64,000 bases of DNA from Eledone cirrhosa (taxonomy: Eukaryota). Position 1 is the first letter of the stretch. Each line of letters opens with the position of its first letter. Under the pieces are notes generated by a model that did no database searches, was not told the DNA's origin, and was given only the letters and a program-made list of their open reading frames with translations. This document shows, in pieces, positions 15,017 to 30,632 of the stretch. The stretch spans positions 89,776,001-89,840,000 of the forward strand of contig OZ024746.1 in NCBI GenBank assembly GCA_964016885.1, written 5' to 3'. Made by a program: the position numbers and the translations under genes.

Positions 15017-15017
<1 letters not shown>
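14835..15017 (+). ncRNA. head-to-head hammerhead pair (palindrome 14835-14939) plus PLE tail
   Basis: gattc-CTGATGA-tttctaatgaat-GAAA-cag/ttctagtc/ctg-TA-gaatc with a perfect mirror centred at 14887; same motif at 49280. Confidence 0.85.
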
Positions 15018-15064
<47 letters not shown>

Positions 15065-15079
15065 CATATATAATATGAA

Positions 15080-15312
15080 CATGATGGCTGCAATCCCTGC
15101 TAAGAGTATTACAATCGCTTATCAGATTCAGATGTGTGACGCTCGGATATGGATTTTCAAGCCTGCTAGAGACGTGCCCTCCTTCGCACACTGACGACAA
15201 CTATGGATCTCCCTGGCTTGAAGTCCTGCATCAGGTTACCTGTGAACACTCACAACACCCTGGAGATCATAGTTCACAGATTCTCTGGCTGCGACTGTGG
15301 CTCCTAAGACCA
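15080..15312 (-). mobile_element. 3' fragment of RTE-like LINE (C-terminal C2H2 finger)
   Basis: Minus frame HSCRQCAKEGTSLAGLKIHIRASHI* resembles RTE ORF ends. Confidence 0.5.
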
Positions 15313-16743
15313 GGTTTGAAAAAAAGGAAAATAATGACTTCACTTCTAGTTCAAACAATTTGATTTAACTTTATAATATTATAATATTATGAGTTGTTAG
15401 ATCTAGTAAGTTCTTTGTTAACTTCGGTTGGATGATTTTTAAAGATTCCTGGTTAACTTTCTTGGAGAACTTTCTTGCACTCGTCGGTGGCGATTGTCAA
15501 ACTGGGATCAGGTCGTGTTGTGATGTGTGACTCTATATATAAGAGAGATTTGGATGTGTCATGGTGAAATGCGGTGTTAATGAGTGTGGGAGTGGAGGAG
15601 TTTGATGAAGATTTAAAGGGATTAAAGTACACACACACACATATACATATATATACACAGAAAATGGTGAATCTTTGAAGCAAGATAATGGGATGAGAGT
15701 GTTTAAGAAAGTTCTGTAAAAGTGGCCTCAATAAATGACTTTTGTTGAATATAATGGCGGGATGTTTTTCATATTCGTTTCTTATAGCTGAATCAACTCT
15801 CTTAAATATATAAAGAATACCTTCAACAATTTTCTATATTAAAGATGAATTTAGGTGCGTGTCTGGTGGTGGTGTGGTTAATGAGGTGTAAGATACATGT
15901 ATTTTGATAAGAATAGGATGACAGCCAACAGAATGATAAGGATAGTTTTGGATAATTGTTACTATTATGATTGCTACAAGTCAACGATACTGTGAATATA
16001 TAATTTCTAGAAAAGGTGTGTAAAATAATCAACTTAATGCACTGAACAGAAGTGTGCTATTTTGCAGCAGTCTGATGTAGTCGAAAACAGTAACGTGGAG
16101 GTAACTGACATTGTAACCAGAATATTAATGTTTTAGATGTCAAACTCCACACAAAGCGGATTCACACTATTATATGAACGTGTTATTCAAATATCATTCA
16201 ATCTTCAACCAAGAACACATTACCTTCATAACTTCTTTTTTTATTTTCGTCCCTTTTTCTCACTCCTGTCTTTTCTCCCACGCAATGTACTTAAATAATC
16301 GCCTACCTATTGCGTTAATATGCCCAGTATTCTTATATGGCGTATATATGTACTTACCTCGATAAATGTCCGAGTGTGTGTGCCTAAAAGTGAACATGTA
16401 TACCGATTTATATGTAATGACAAAATGATTTTTTCCCAGTTACTTTCGAAGTGAAATCATTTTTACATCTGACTCACCACCTTGCTTAATATATGATTAC
16501 CGGCTACAACCTAGTTTCATGCAGGCTTTGTTATTTCCTGAATCCATTGATTTGAGATATAATATCATGTTTGAGTATTATAATAAACATACATATGTAT
16601 CTGTGTACAGTGTGGGCGAAGGAGATGGATATCCAGACACCCGCAAACATATATACAAATATATATGCATACATATATTGATTTATTTCTTCACTCAATT
16701 ACCTTAATTTCTTTAAAGTGGTAGTCACGAGATGCATTGTAGA

Positions 16744-16776
<33 letters not shown>

Positions 16777-17804
16777 TTTATATATATGTATATATATATA
16801 TATGTATATATATATGTTTGTATATATCCACTATATTATTATGTAAGTATAATCAAATAACATGTACTTGCAGTAAATTGCTGGCAGCATACACTGCAAA
16901 CCCCATTCGACATGAGTTTACTGGCAAAGTTTCACCACTGTAATTTAACAGTAAATATTCCATGTAAATTCTAGCGTTAGCAAGATGCCTGCAGACATGT
17001 TGACACGGCTCCAAATATTAGGTGTTATAGGCTGACTACTTGTGAATGCTTATAATATTCATTCAGATCTATCAGCTGTCAAATGATTCTTAGTAATTTC
17101 AAAAGGCTTCCTTGTATCTTGTGATTACCTATTTTTATCATCTGACAATTGACAAGTCCAGTGTGAGCGTTTCACTATAATCTCAGAGAATTGTAATATA
17201 TTCTTATTCACGTAAAAGCTAATCGACCATTTCCATATGGAAAGTCATTTTCAACTCCTTTCAAATAACAGTAACATTATGGTACAGTGAATACTGTTTA
17301 ACTGTAATTTTGATGCCAATATGATTCATAAAAACATTTTTGTTGACAAATTATGTCCTGTAAGATTTCAGAGAAAATGGCTTCGACGAAATTATATATT
17401 GAGTTTATATCCAATAACTACTCTTTGAACCTTCGTGAATGTTACTTACTTAAATTATGGACAAAAGTGTTCATAATTATATATTTCCACATTTAATATA
17501 TCTGTGCTTGCTTGTCACTTCATTTCAATGAGATCTTTGTCCATCAGCCATTATATGAAATTATCAGTACATCCATTCCACCATATATATATATATATAA
17601 CTGTCTTGTGTTCTAGTTTATCTTTGCCTACAATTTCTAGCTCTCTCCCTCCCTCTGAATATATGTATTCACACATACAAAATCACAAACACCTAAAAAA
17701 CGTGCGCACACACTAGACATGTGTGTGTATATATCGGTGTGCATAAATCAATGCAAACCACTAGGTTCATTGTATATATTGTCTGACCATGTTTGTATAT
17801 ATAT

Positions 17805-17902
<98 letters not shown>

Positions 17903-18169
17903 CTTCTGGATTTATAATTTAATAAATATTTACCAATAGAGGCAGAGTCGGTTTCTAACCTACACGCAAGATTCTTTCATTGAAAATTAGACAACATCAA
18001 GTAGTTAGATATATAAGCATGTGTGCATTCGTGCGTGCGTGTGTAGGTATGGATGTTATTGTAACTGGGAATGTGTTAGGTTTGGTTTATATGAGTGCAT
18101 GCTCATACTTGTTGTGTCTGTACATGGGTACATGGAGAACGTTTGGTGTGTTTTACATATTTTACTGGT

Positions 18170-19890
18170 CCATTAATGGACTGTAATTGTAATTTTCAAA
18201 CTTGCCGTGTTCTGTTAGGTTCTGTGGAGCGCAGGTTCTCAGGAGTTGTATTGAGGCAGTTACTAACATATCCCAGTGCCCCAATAAACACAGGTATACA
18301 TGTGAAGATATAGTCAGCGTGGAGTATCTGCACTATTGTGCATGCCTTCTTTTCCCTGTCCCATATCATTATATCTGGTCTGTTATGCCTGTATTCTATT
18401 AATAGTTTGACTGGAACACTCCAGCAGCACTCTTTCATATATGTATACAAATGTCTTCCAAATTGCTGTAACATTTAATGTGTTTATTGCCGGGAGAAGC
18501 TTTTCTATGAATTGCATTGTATAGTGTTTTGGCCATCATGCTTCCCAGGTAGATGGGACCATGGCAACTGATTTGGACAACGGCTTATGACATTTGTGAC
18601 AAAAATCGAGGTTCATTCGATAGAGTCTGCATTTGTTGTCACCTCTAGCTGTTTTGCATGCATCCTTACCTCAATTGTGAATGAGGTATTTTGAGTTAAT
18701 GTCTTGTTCTTGAATTGCAAAATTATATCATTCAAAGCGGGAGCTAATATAGCGGTCTTTGTTACAAGATAGACATCTGTACTTATCTATATTACTTTAA
18801 TTCTAGAGCCTCCTTGCGACATATCCATGCTGATAGGCATGCAGTTTTCTGTCTATGGATTCACTGCGCTATTGCTGGGAAATTTCACCATCTTTGACCT
18901 TTTGATTATCATGCTGGGAGTATATTTCACGGAGTTCTTTCCTATTTCACGCAAACATACTTGTTCAGTACATGGGCTCCTACGCTTTGAGATTCGTAAA
19001 TGTTGTTGGAGGTGATAACATGTAACAATGAAATGCTGTCTGGACTGATATTAGACCTCTGTCTCCCTCCTTACGTTTCATGTGGAGTTGGTATATATCA
19101 CTCTTTATGTGGAAGTTTCCAGTGTTTATAATGTTTCGTGTTTTAACATATTTGCCCCTATTGCGTCTATCGTCCGTTCGTTTGTTCCAAATGTAAGGTC
19201 AGGTACAGCAAACACATTGTGAGCCACTGTTGTATTGGGCGCAGCGAGTTCAGATGACCATATATTTATTAATCAGGCACAGTATTCCATAGTTACGTGT
19301 CCCTTGTTACAAATGCCATCATCTAACACTAGGTACCTGTAGCAGTCTTTGTCAGATATCGGTGAAAGAGTTAGTCCATTGATAAACATGTTGCTAGATT
19401 GGCTTGCAGTTTTCTCCACCACATTACAATTATATATGAACATCTATACTGGGAAAACTCTATTTCTATATCGTTCGAGAATGTCGTAACCAGCTCAAGA
19501 TTTTTCGTCATCTCATTTTTGTTCTCAGAATAGTTTCAGGTCATCTACAACGAAATTATGTGTTAGCTACATATTACTGTCTTTCTGTGTGCCAATTATG
19601 TATCGTTCAGGTTTCTTGAGCAGAAAGGACCATAGTTTTAATGACATAATAATCATTAGTACTGTTGGTCTATCACCTTCAAATATACCACTGAGATATG
19701 TTATTTTATCAGAGAAAATAGAGTCTTCCTTCTCTGTTTATATTTGTAGGATAGTAGCCCGAGATGAAGATAGGTTTTCATGGCTCTGATGATAGTGTCT
19801 GGAATATTAGCACGTCTGAGGATCATTATCATCCAAGAGCGGGGAACAGAATCAAATATTTTCCTGTACTCCATCCAGACTGTAACCACA
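18170..19890 (-). mobile_element. R4/Dong-like non-LTR retrotransposon remnant (RT + zinc knuckle + RLE)
   Basis: WMEYRKIFDSVPRSW, GIFEGD, THNFVVDDLKLF, CRL..VISRCP and HNRPDIMIWDREKK, in the expected order on the minus strand; disrupted. Confidence 0.85.
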
Positions 19891-20170
19891 TTCCTCCAAA
19901 CTTATCGCACCCATGACATCGTAAATGCTGGTTACAACAAATGGAATACGGCTAAAACGGAGCACATTCATATTTACACGCCAACCATATAGAAAAGATG
20001 TATATTTAACATAACAGTATCTGGAATTCTCTGAATGAGTATTTTACGAAATTAAACGATGAGATCAGATATTAATGGAAAAGGGTCCATTACTAAGCAG
20101 TAATATTTTCACAACTCTAAATATTGTGCATTAAGATGTACTTATATTCCACATCTTATTTAGAACATAT

Positions 20171-20283
20171 AATAATTGTTTCTACTTTTTGGCACAAGGC
20201 CAGCAATTACCCAGTGCATTACTGGTACTTTATTTTATCGACCCCGTAAGGATGAAAGGCAAAGTCAACCTCAGCGGGATTTA
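20171..20283 (-). mobile_element. 5'-truncated OK-like SINE
   Basis: Matches the family 3' half. Confidence 0.85.
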
Positions 20284-22954
20284 ATGATTATATGAATATA
20301 TTTCAGTGAATCTCTAGACAAGACAACGAAAATAAATATTTCAGCATTTTTGGTATCTGTACATATAAACGTGTTAAGATAATTATCGTACACTGAGTTC
20401 AATCAATTAGAAAAATTAAAAAGTTAAACGTATATCTCGTAAAATATTAGCATGGACACACTACTGGATGATGATGTTTCCTCCTTAGCTTTAACATTTC
20501 AATGTAAAGAATGGTGCCCACTATCGTAAAAAAATGACTTACTCTATTTATGCATTAGGACCCATTGGAAGTTAGTTTCACGCTGTCGGGTTGTGTTGAC
20601 AATATTGCTCACTTAACATTACTATATTAACCAGTACTATAAAGAAAATATAATGATGCACCGCATTGTTCAAAACGTGTTCATCACCTATGTTTTTGTT
20701 TATGTAACCGCTGTCTTTCGTACCGTTTTACCATAGATTTACAGTGAAAGATACACATTAATTTACATCTTATGTGCGAGATATTTCAACTGTTTGTTAC
20801 TAACTGTAATGCAGTTTACAACTTCATGGAAATTCTATGGTGTTAACTCAATTCTGATAATGGTTAATGAAATTTTCAAAGAAACATTCATAGGGGTTCT
20901 TCGCCTAATTATATATTAATATTCATATTATATACCCATCTTTATTCATCACAAATTTCAATAATATGCAGAGTATTTGAATCACGAATCATTTTTAAAG
21001 GTGATGTTTAAAATAGATAGACGTAACTAAATTCCGAATAAGATTCGCCGCAATTATAAAATACCGCGTTTAGCAACTTCATAGTTGCCAACGGAATGTT
21101 AGGAATTAAAATATTTTCAGACAATCATTTCCGTTGTGAGACTAAGAAGATGGATACTAATAGAAAATACAAAGAATCTAGAAAGCTTGCAGCAATCACA
21201 ATCGAAAACGTCCTTAATGAAGTGAGCTTACGGGAAATGCTTTCTAACGCTCTTTTACGTGATTTGTTACCTGAGTTGGAGAAACCCGGTGGCCTTGTGT
21301 TTATAGGCAAAATCAATGAAAATTACTGAATTTAGGGGATTTCCCCTAGTTAGTAACTTTATATAATTAATACCCTTTGGCATATTCCCAGTAGAATTAA
21401 TTAGTGATAGTGGTGGTGTGAATGAACGAGAAGGATTTGGAATGATAAACTGAGAAGGATTTGGAATGCTCATGATATCAAAGTCGTCACCATCGTCATA
21501 GCTGCACTAGGTACTAGTACAGCTTCCAAGCTTCTCTCATGAATTTTATCATAACCCAAATGTTTGGAACACTTTAGGAGGCATGCCTACTGGGAACAGC
21601 ATGGGCCCTCCGATATATTTTGAATATTTTAGGTTGCAAGTAGCGGCATGTTGTTCATTAGGGCAAATATTTCGGTGAAAAACTGGATTATCATTCAATA
21701 CTGCCACTGTTTGGTGTAGTTCCAGAGTTCCGGTGTACCAAACACACCCTTGTCAGCCAGATCACGTCATCTTCAGATAATGTTTCTTCCTCCCATGGGG
21801 CCTTGCAATATAAGAGCTCTCTTCTCTCATTTCAATCGGAAACACTGTCCATTTCAATCACTCTTTACATGCCAGGTGATCAACGCGAAATATACAATGA
21901 CGTTTTCAAGTAGAATATATGACGCAATCCAAAGAAAATCTAAGGCTGCCGTGATTTCATCAATACCTAATCTGTATTCGGGTTTCGTCTTGGTGCATAA
22001 AGTTGCACAACCTACATGGGTTTGGCATCTACGAGGTTTAAATTGGTTTTATCACACGTTGGTTCTCAATGACATTCTACGTCTCCATAGGTAACTTAGA
22101 GTTTACGCTGTTAAAATTATCACTAACATTACTCATAGCTGATATAATGACTAACTGAATACATTCATTTAAATATCCATGATTTGTTGTATTGATATAA
22201 TTTCATTAAGAACAATAGTGCGCAAAGACAGTCAACAGTAATCTGAATTGGTCTTGGGCTATCTCTTACTCAAGTAATATCTCAATATATCAGAATCTGA
22301 AGAATTATCATAATCCTTATCACGCATACAGAATGTATTATATTCTAGTATTTTGCTTCATACATTATTTATATAAACAGTTCAATGACATTTTAATTCA
22401 ATATTTGTTTCTTTTGTTATTGATAATTCTTTGGTTATAGCATTTACATTGACAGCATTAGCCTGTTACTTTCGAGTAATCTCCAAAATGTGAGTAAGTT
22501 TTGGATTTTAAAATCTCCATAGGTTATGACATACTGAAATGTAACATTTATAGCTTTTTACTTTTTACTATTTTACTAAGAAAATTATTTTATTAGGAGC
22601 TCTATTGCTATACATGCGGCGTTACAACATTTCAGAAACCTATGCAAAAATATTGTTAACCAGTGAGAGAATTCAAGAAAAAGTTTCAATATTATTACGG
22701 TCATTTGGTCATTAACTAGTTTATATCATCTTGATATAAATCTGTAATGTCGTCACATTGTTTCAAAATCAACCACAATCCACATGTAATAAACGTAACA
22801 ATAAATAAATTCTTTTGTGTAATATTTTCATGAATCTATCTATCTAGCTAGGGCGCGTAAAATTCCCGAGATCCATGGACGAGTTCTCGCCAGCGGTTTC
22901 GGTCCCTCATTATCGCTGCTATGTCCTGCTTCTCCAAGAGACCAGTGTCTTTTT

Positions 22955-23784
22955 TAAATTAAATATTTCATGCCAGTGGGTGGGAGATGGGGGCGGCTGT
23001 ACTTGCCTGTTGAACAATGAAGGGGTGGCTTGAGCCGGTCAAGCGTTGAAAGTGAATTCTATACAGCAAATTCTAAGGAGTCTGTATGAAATTAGGCTAG
23101 TTAGGAAGCAGGCGAAAAAGGATTCTTGATGAATTAGAGAGTGGGACGTTATAGAATAGGATAATACATTGAGATTAAAAGATAATAAATAAATAAAAAA
23201 TGTAAAATAATATAAAAATAATAAAATTATATTTATATTTTTTTTATTTATTTATTTATTATCTTTTAATCTCAATTTATTAACCTATTCTATAACGTCC
23301 CACTCTCTAATTCCTCCAGAATCCTTTTTCGCCTGCTTCCTAACTAGCCTAATTTCATACAGACTCCTTAGAATTTGCTGTATAGAATTCACTTTCAACG
23401 CTTGACCGGCCCCTGACACACCCTCTTTGTGCTACAGGCAAGTACAGCCGCCTCATCTCCCACCTACTGCCATGAAATATTTAATTGTGTTTACAAGAAA
23501 TTTTGACGAATCCTTTTGACAACTACAATTTTCCCATATAAGGAATTACCCCTTGAAAAGCTCGGCTATTTATTACCACGCTAACAATTCTAATTTGGTG
23601 AAGAAATAGTCGTCGAAAAGGCTTGACCTCTGCCGTCGGGCTTAAACATTTTCCTATATTGGCTTAAAATTTTAATAATATTTGTATTTTAATAAATATT
23701 TGTTCTACGGTTCTTATATATTTGATATATATTCATCCTTATCGAGCCCTCTTTGGATTTTAGGCTTCAAATCTATTATTATTA

Positions 23785-23785
<1 letters not shown>
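22955..23785 (+). mobile_element. non-coding PLE terminus: inverted pair (22955-23225 / 23230-23487) + HHR + tail
   Basis: Arms are reverse complements; homologous to 29540-30125; U3-A8 HHR at 23549-23640. Confidence 0.8.
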
Positions 23786-23827
<42 letters not shown>

Positions 23828-23833
23828 CATTAT

Positions 23834-23923
<90 letters not shown>

Positions 23924-23926
<3 letters not shown>

Positions 23927-25300
23927 GTAGAACACTGGAAGGTAATATCCATAATGGTAGAGCACTCAGTCCATGGTAATAGTTATGTAAAAGTGGTTAC
24001 ACAACAGCTAGTTCACCATATCGTGAACAATTGTTTCACCTTAGCGGATCCTCAGCTCGTAATGGGCATGGTTATACGGAACAGGAAGGATAACCGTACG
24101 AACGCGCATGCGCAGGAACCCGTCACTTCACACAGGCAATAATAAAATGCGTGCGAGATGTGTAAGGGAGATAACTGTGAAAGTCCGAAAAAGGTTTTAG
24201 TTGATAAGAAAAAATATTGATGTTGTTACAATACTTCATTCAATCCGGAGCTTTGTAGTTATGCAATAGGTGTTTCGAGGCGTGTGGACAACGTGAGAAA
24301 AATTCATTTCTCGTGTTTAGGCAATCACTATTGCATAACCTCTTTAGAATATTTATTCGTTTGTCAATACACAGTCCACACGACGGATTTCCCCTTGCGT
24401 ATTATTTGGACTTAGTGATGACTTTCCATTGAATGTAGTAGTCTATACTTGAGTCCTTGAGGGACCATGCGTGGCTCGCGAGTTTCCTGGATGAACGTCT
24501 GTCCGGGTACCTGAACGTCGACTGATGGTTCAGGAATGGTTCCTTAAATCGGCCCTCCGCCATGCCCACATAGGATTTGACTTCCTCTGGTTGGTTTAGT
24601 CGGTTGGAAGTGACCACAGCTTCATAAATTACAGCTGGTGTGTTGCATTGCTGTTGAAGAAGCAAGCTTCGGGCTTACGGAAAGAGCACCCTGGTGGGGT
24701 GTTGCTCCTATGGCTGCTGGTGATGTGGGCCTTCATGTTCTTAGCGCAGGAGTATTCTAGTTTTACTTTGTGTCGGTTAAAGATGGAGCGGTATTGATGA
24801 CCTTGGGAAAGTGTCTACCTATGAAGGCTAGAGATGTTTTGCCTACATTGGGTTTAACGTTGAGTGAGAAGAGAGGAGAGAACCAGATAATTTGTCTATT
24901 GTTGCGCATTCTTTTCTTATTGTTGTTGTTGATAGTGGGCATGGCGGAGGGCGATACAAAACCGTGAGCGAAAGGTGTAAGGGACGTAACTGCGAATTTC
25001 CGGAAACCAATGTTCAAGTTGATTCGAAAATTAGAATGTTGTTTTTATTCAATCCGGATCTTTGGACTTATGCAAGAGGTGTTTCCCGACATGTGAACAA
25101 CGTGAGACGATTTCATTTCTTAAATTTAGGCAATCGCTATTGCGTAATCCTCTTAGGATATTTATCCTTTCTTCAATACACAGTCCACAAGACGGATTGC
25201 CCATTGGGTATCGCTTGGACTTAGTGATAGCTTTCACATTGAATGGATTAGCTTATACCTGAGTCTTTGAGGGACGATACGTGGCTCGCGAGCTAGCTTG
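23924..25300 (-). mobile_element. Naiad-like Penelope element with tandemly duplicated 3' ORF end
   Basis: RQIIWFSPLFSLNVKPNVGK, VIYEAVV..YVGMAEGRFKE..NH..YYIQWKVI; the C-terminus CGLCIEE..LNLRNEIVSRCSH recurs at ~24240-24490 and ~25040-25295; HHR at 24022-24059. Confidence 0.85.
24022..24059 (-). ncRNA. minimal hammerhead ribozyme
   Basis: gag-CTGAGGA-tccgctaaggt-GAAA-caattg-TT; sibling at 31471-31508. Confidence 0.65.
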
Positions 25301-25530
25301 GAACTCATAATTCATTCACTAATTCCAGCGTTTAAATAAAAAAGAGTGATAACAGATGTCCTGATATGACCTAACTCCTTCAATAATTCATTTGATGCTT
25401 ATTCGAAATATTAGAGCTTTTAAACTACCCTAAGTTAACATGACAGCATCTCTGTTACCGTTATGTTTATAACGTTTAATGCGCAATTTGCATTGCTGTA
25501 TCATTCTAATAAAACACTATTTTTTATTAA

Positions 25531-25590
25531 ATAATTGTTTCTCCTTTTGGCACAAGGCCAGCAATTATTCCAGTCCATTACTGGTACTAT
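25531..25590 (-). mobile_element. OK-like SINE 3' stub
   Basis: ataattgtttctccttttggcacaaggccagcaatta...actggtact. Confidence 0.75.
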
Positions 25591-26146
25591 TTTTATTAAA
25601 TAATAATAGAAATTAAGGCGACTAAATAGTTTCTCATGTAAAATAGCTGGGAGTGAATGCGTGTTGTTACAAGAATTGAATGGACATTAAAATAGTATAG
25701 AAACCAAAGACATTTACTCTGTTTAAACATGGCATGGGTGGGAAGGAAAATTTCAATCATTCTAATAATTTTACAGCGACCATCTGTATATTCTAAATGC
25801 AATCGACTTTTGTCTAGACAAAGTGAGAATGTGTATATAGTCAATTGACCAGCTAGAGAAAAAGCATTTACATATCCCAGAAGACTCATATTGGTGATTG
25901 GAATTGGATGCACCAAATTTACATGACAGAATAGTTATGACTAAATTTCTATTCGTAATGGATTACCTGATTCATCAAGCCTGAAGTAGATGTCAATAAC
26001 GAGCAATAACGACTATCAATCAGCCCATGATGGCTAGAATAATTTTATTACAGCCTATGTCTATATATAGACACACGCCCACACACATATGCACATACAC
26101 ACATAGAGAATCATGCACACACACACATACACATACACACACATAT

Positions 26147-26205
<59 letters not shown>

Positions 26206-27069
26206 GTGGTTTTATTGTCCAGAGAATGATTGGTTAAAATCTGTTCATAGTTTAATCCAATTTGTAAATTTCCAATGATAGTAATTTCACATTAGAGAGC
26301 ATATATAAAATAATAAATAATATTTACAGTTTAATTACACTAGTTAATAGATTTATGAATGTATCAGGAAATATCTCAGAATCGTTAAAAAGTATAAACC
26401 AACCGCATGTCGGAATGACTCCAAACACGATACAACATTTGAAATATAAACGACAATAAAGATAGTTGGGAAAACGTTAAAGACATGCACTTATTGGTTT
26501 GACTCTTAAACCTTATATACGTATAACCACTACGTAGTATCTTTATTACTAATAAATTTATATTTGTGCGTTTATTCTTCTTTTTTTTTCATTATTTAAA
26601 ATTCTGAAGAATTCAATACAAAGGAATAAAATGATACGTCCTTGTGTATTTGAAAGAAACTATCGTAAATCTACAAAACAATGTAATTAAAACCTGGTTA
26701 TATATATGTACAGCAATCTCTATACGTGTGTGGAAAAGAGAAACATTTTTATTAATATCCTTACAATGTTCAAATATGGAAACATTTAATTTTTTTAAAC
26801 AGCCATCTTATATATATATATTGAGTGGAGAACAGCAGGAGGTTGTCCTTTTTATTATTATTAAGCACGTTATTAATATAAGTTGGAGTACTTCGAATAA
26901 ACCATGAATGAATATTATGTAATTTATCTTCTAAATTTCTTAGCTCTTGATTCAACATAAATATTCTTATATATATAATATATTGCTTGTTTCAAGATTC
27001 ATTCCTGGTAAAATTTTCAAATTGCAAATCTTCCGTTAGCGTCCGTTATATCATAACGTTTAGATATCA

Positions 27070-27190
27070 TAATTGTTTCTAAGTTTGGCACAAGGCCAAC
27101 AATTACTCCAGTGTATTACTGGTACTTTATTTTATCGACCCCGTAAGGATGAATGTCAAAGTTAACCTCAGCGGGATTTGAACTCAGATC
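27070..27190 (-). mobile_element. 5'-truncated OK-like SINE
   Basis: Family 3' half up to the B-box complement GGGATTTGAACTC. Confidence 0.85.
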
Positions 27191-28032
27191 ATAAATGTTC
27201 ATATTTCTCTGGCCAGTCTTATTTCCTCCTTTTTCGTTTTCATAACATTTAGTTGTAATGCTATTTATATAATATCGTCTTTTTAAAATGTATCATCGAT
27301 TATTTCACTGATTACAGAAGAGAGCGTAACACAGTCACTCTTCAATTTTTGTGCGTATGGTCATTTTAATATATTATTTGACGTATCATACTTACATGCA
27401 TTTATATTTTCGTATCATATCAATATAGACATTATGCATGCTAGCAGAAAATATCCTGGGGTTGGCTTTTCTGCTAGTAAGAGTAAATTGGAGTAAGCAG
27501 TGCATTATGAATGAAACATATAATATCTAACTGTAATCTAAAGCATCTCCGAAGTTGTCGCAACATATTTTGCTATACAAATTTGATTCATTATGGATAA
27601 GAACATATGGGATTATATACTTACACAGTTAGTTATATAATAGTTTACCTTCTTAATAAATAACGGCATTAATTTTTGAAATAAATTTGAGTAATTTGAG
27701 TGCAATTCACAACAATATATCATATTCTTGTTTATGGATTTTGGTTGATAAGTGCTAACTAAATTTAAATCTTCGTGACAGGTGACGTTTAGTTTGCAAT
27801 CCGACTAAAGGAATCACACAACACTGATGGATTGAATACATTTCAATAGTCGGCCGTTTTCGTTATAAAATGTTTTAGGAGTAAGTACATATCTTTTTTA
27901 ATGTATATGTAATGTGAAAATATGGGTTAACATGAGCCAGAAAGTGGATAGAGACAGACAACCATCACGTGTGTGCGTGTGGGATCTCTTTCAAGACTAA
28001 TAAACTGATGGAGATTATAATTATGCACACAC

Positions 28033-30168
<2,136 letters not shown>

Positions 30169-30505
30169 CATTTACATACATGCATATATATATATCTATA
30201 TATATATATCTATCTCTCTATATATATATATATGCATCTATGTAAAGATAGGTAGATATATTCTGACGGTGTTCGGAAAAAAAGAAGCTATATAACCGAT
30301 GACGATTATAATGAAAACGAGAAAACCCGGTTATAGCAAGATATTATTTTTTCCTTCGACATTACTCAGTGTATTATTATAGATTCACATTAACATCTTT
30401 TCATTAACTTTGTCAATGAGTTAATCAGTTTTTTGAGGTTTCATGAAATTAAGTCGCTCTGTGAAAAGTATCCGTATAAATACTATATGTATAGTGCATG
30501 TATGC

Positions 30506-30539
<34 letters not shown>

Positions 30540-30549
<10 letters not shown>

Positions 30550-30580
30550 GAGATTAGAAAGCCATAGCTAAACAGAAAAA

Positions 30581-30632
<52 letters not shown>

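Noticed and set aside
15460-15505. TTGACAA...GAAA HHR-like motif on the minus strand
   Set aside because: Helices I and II do not pair convincingly.
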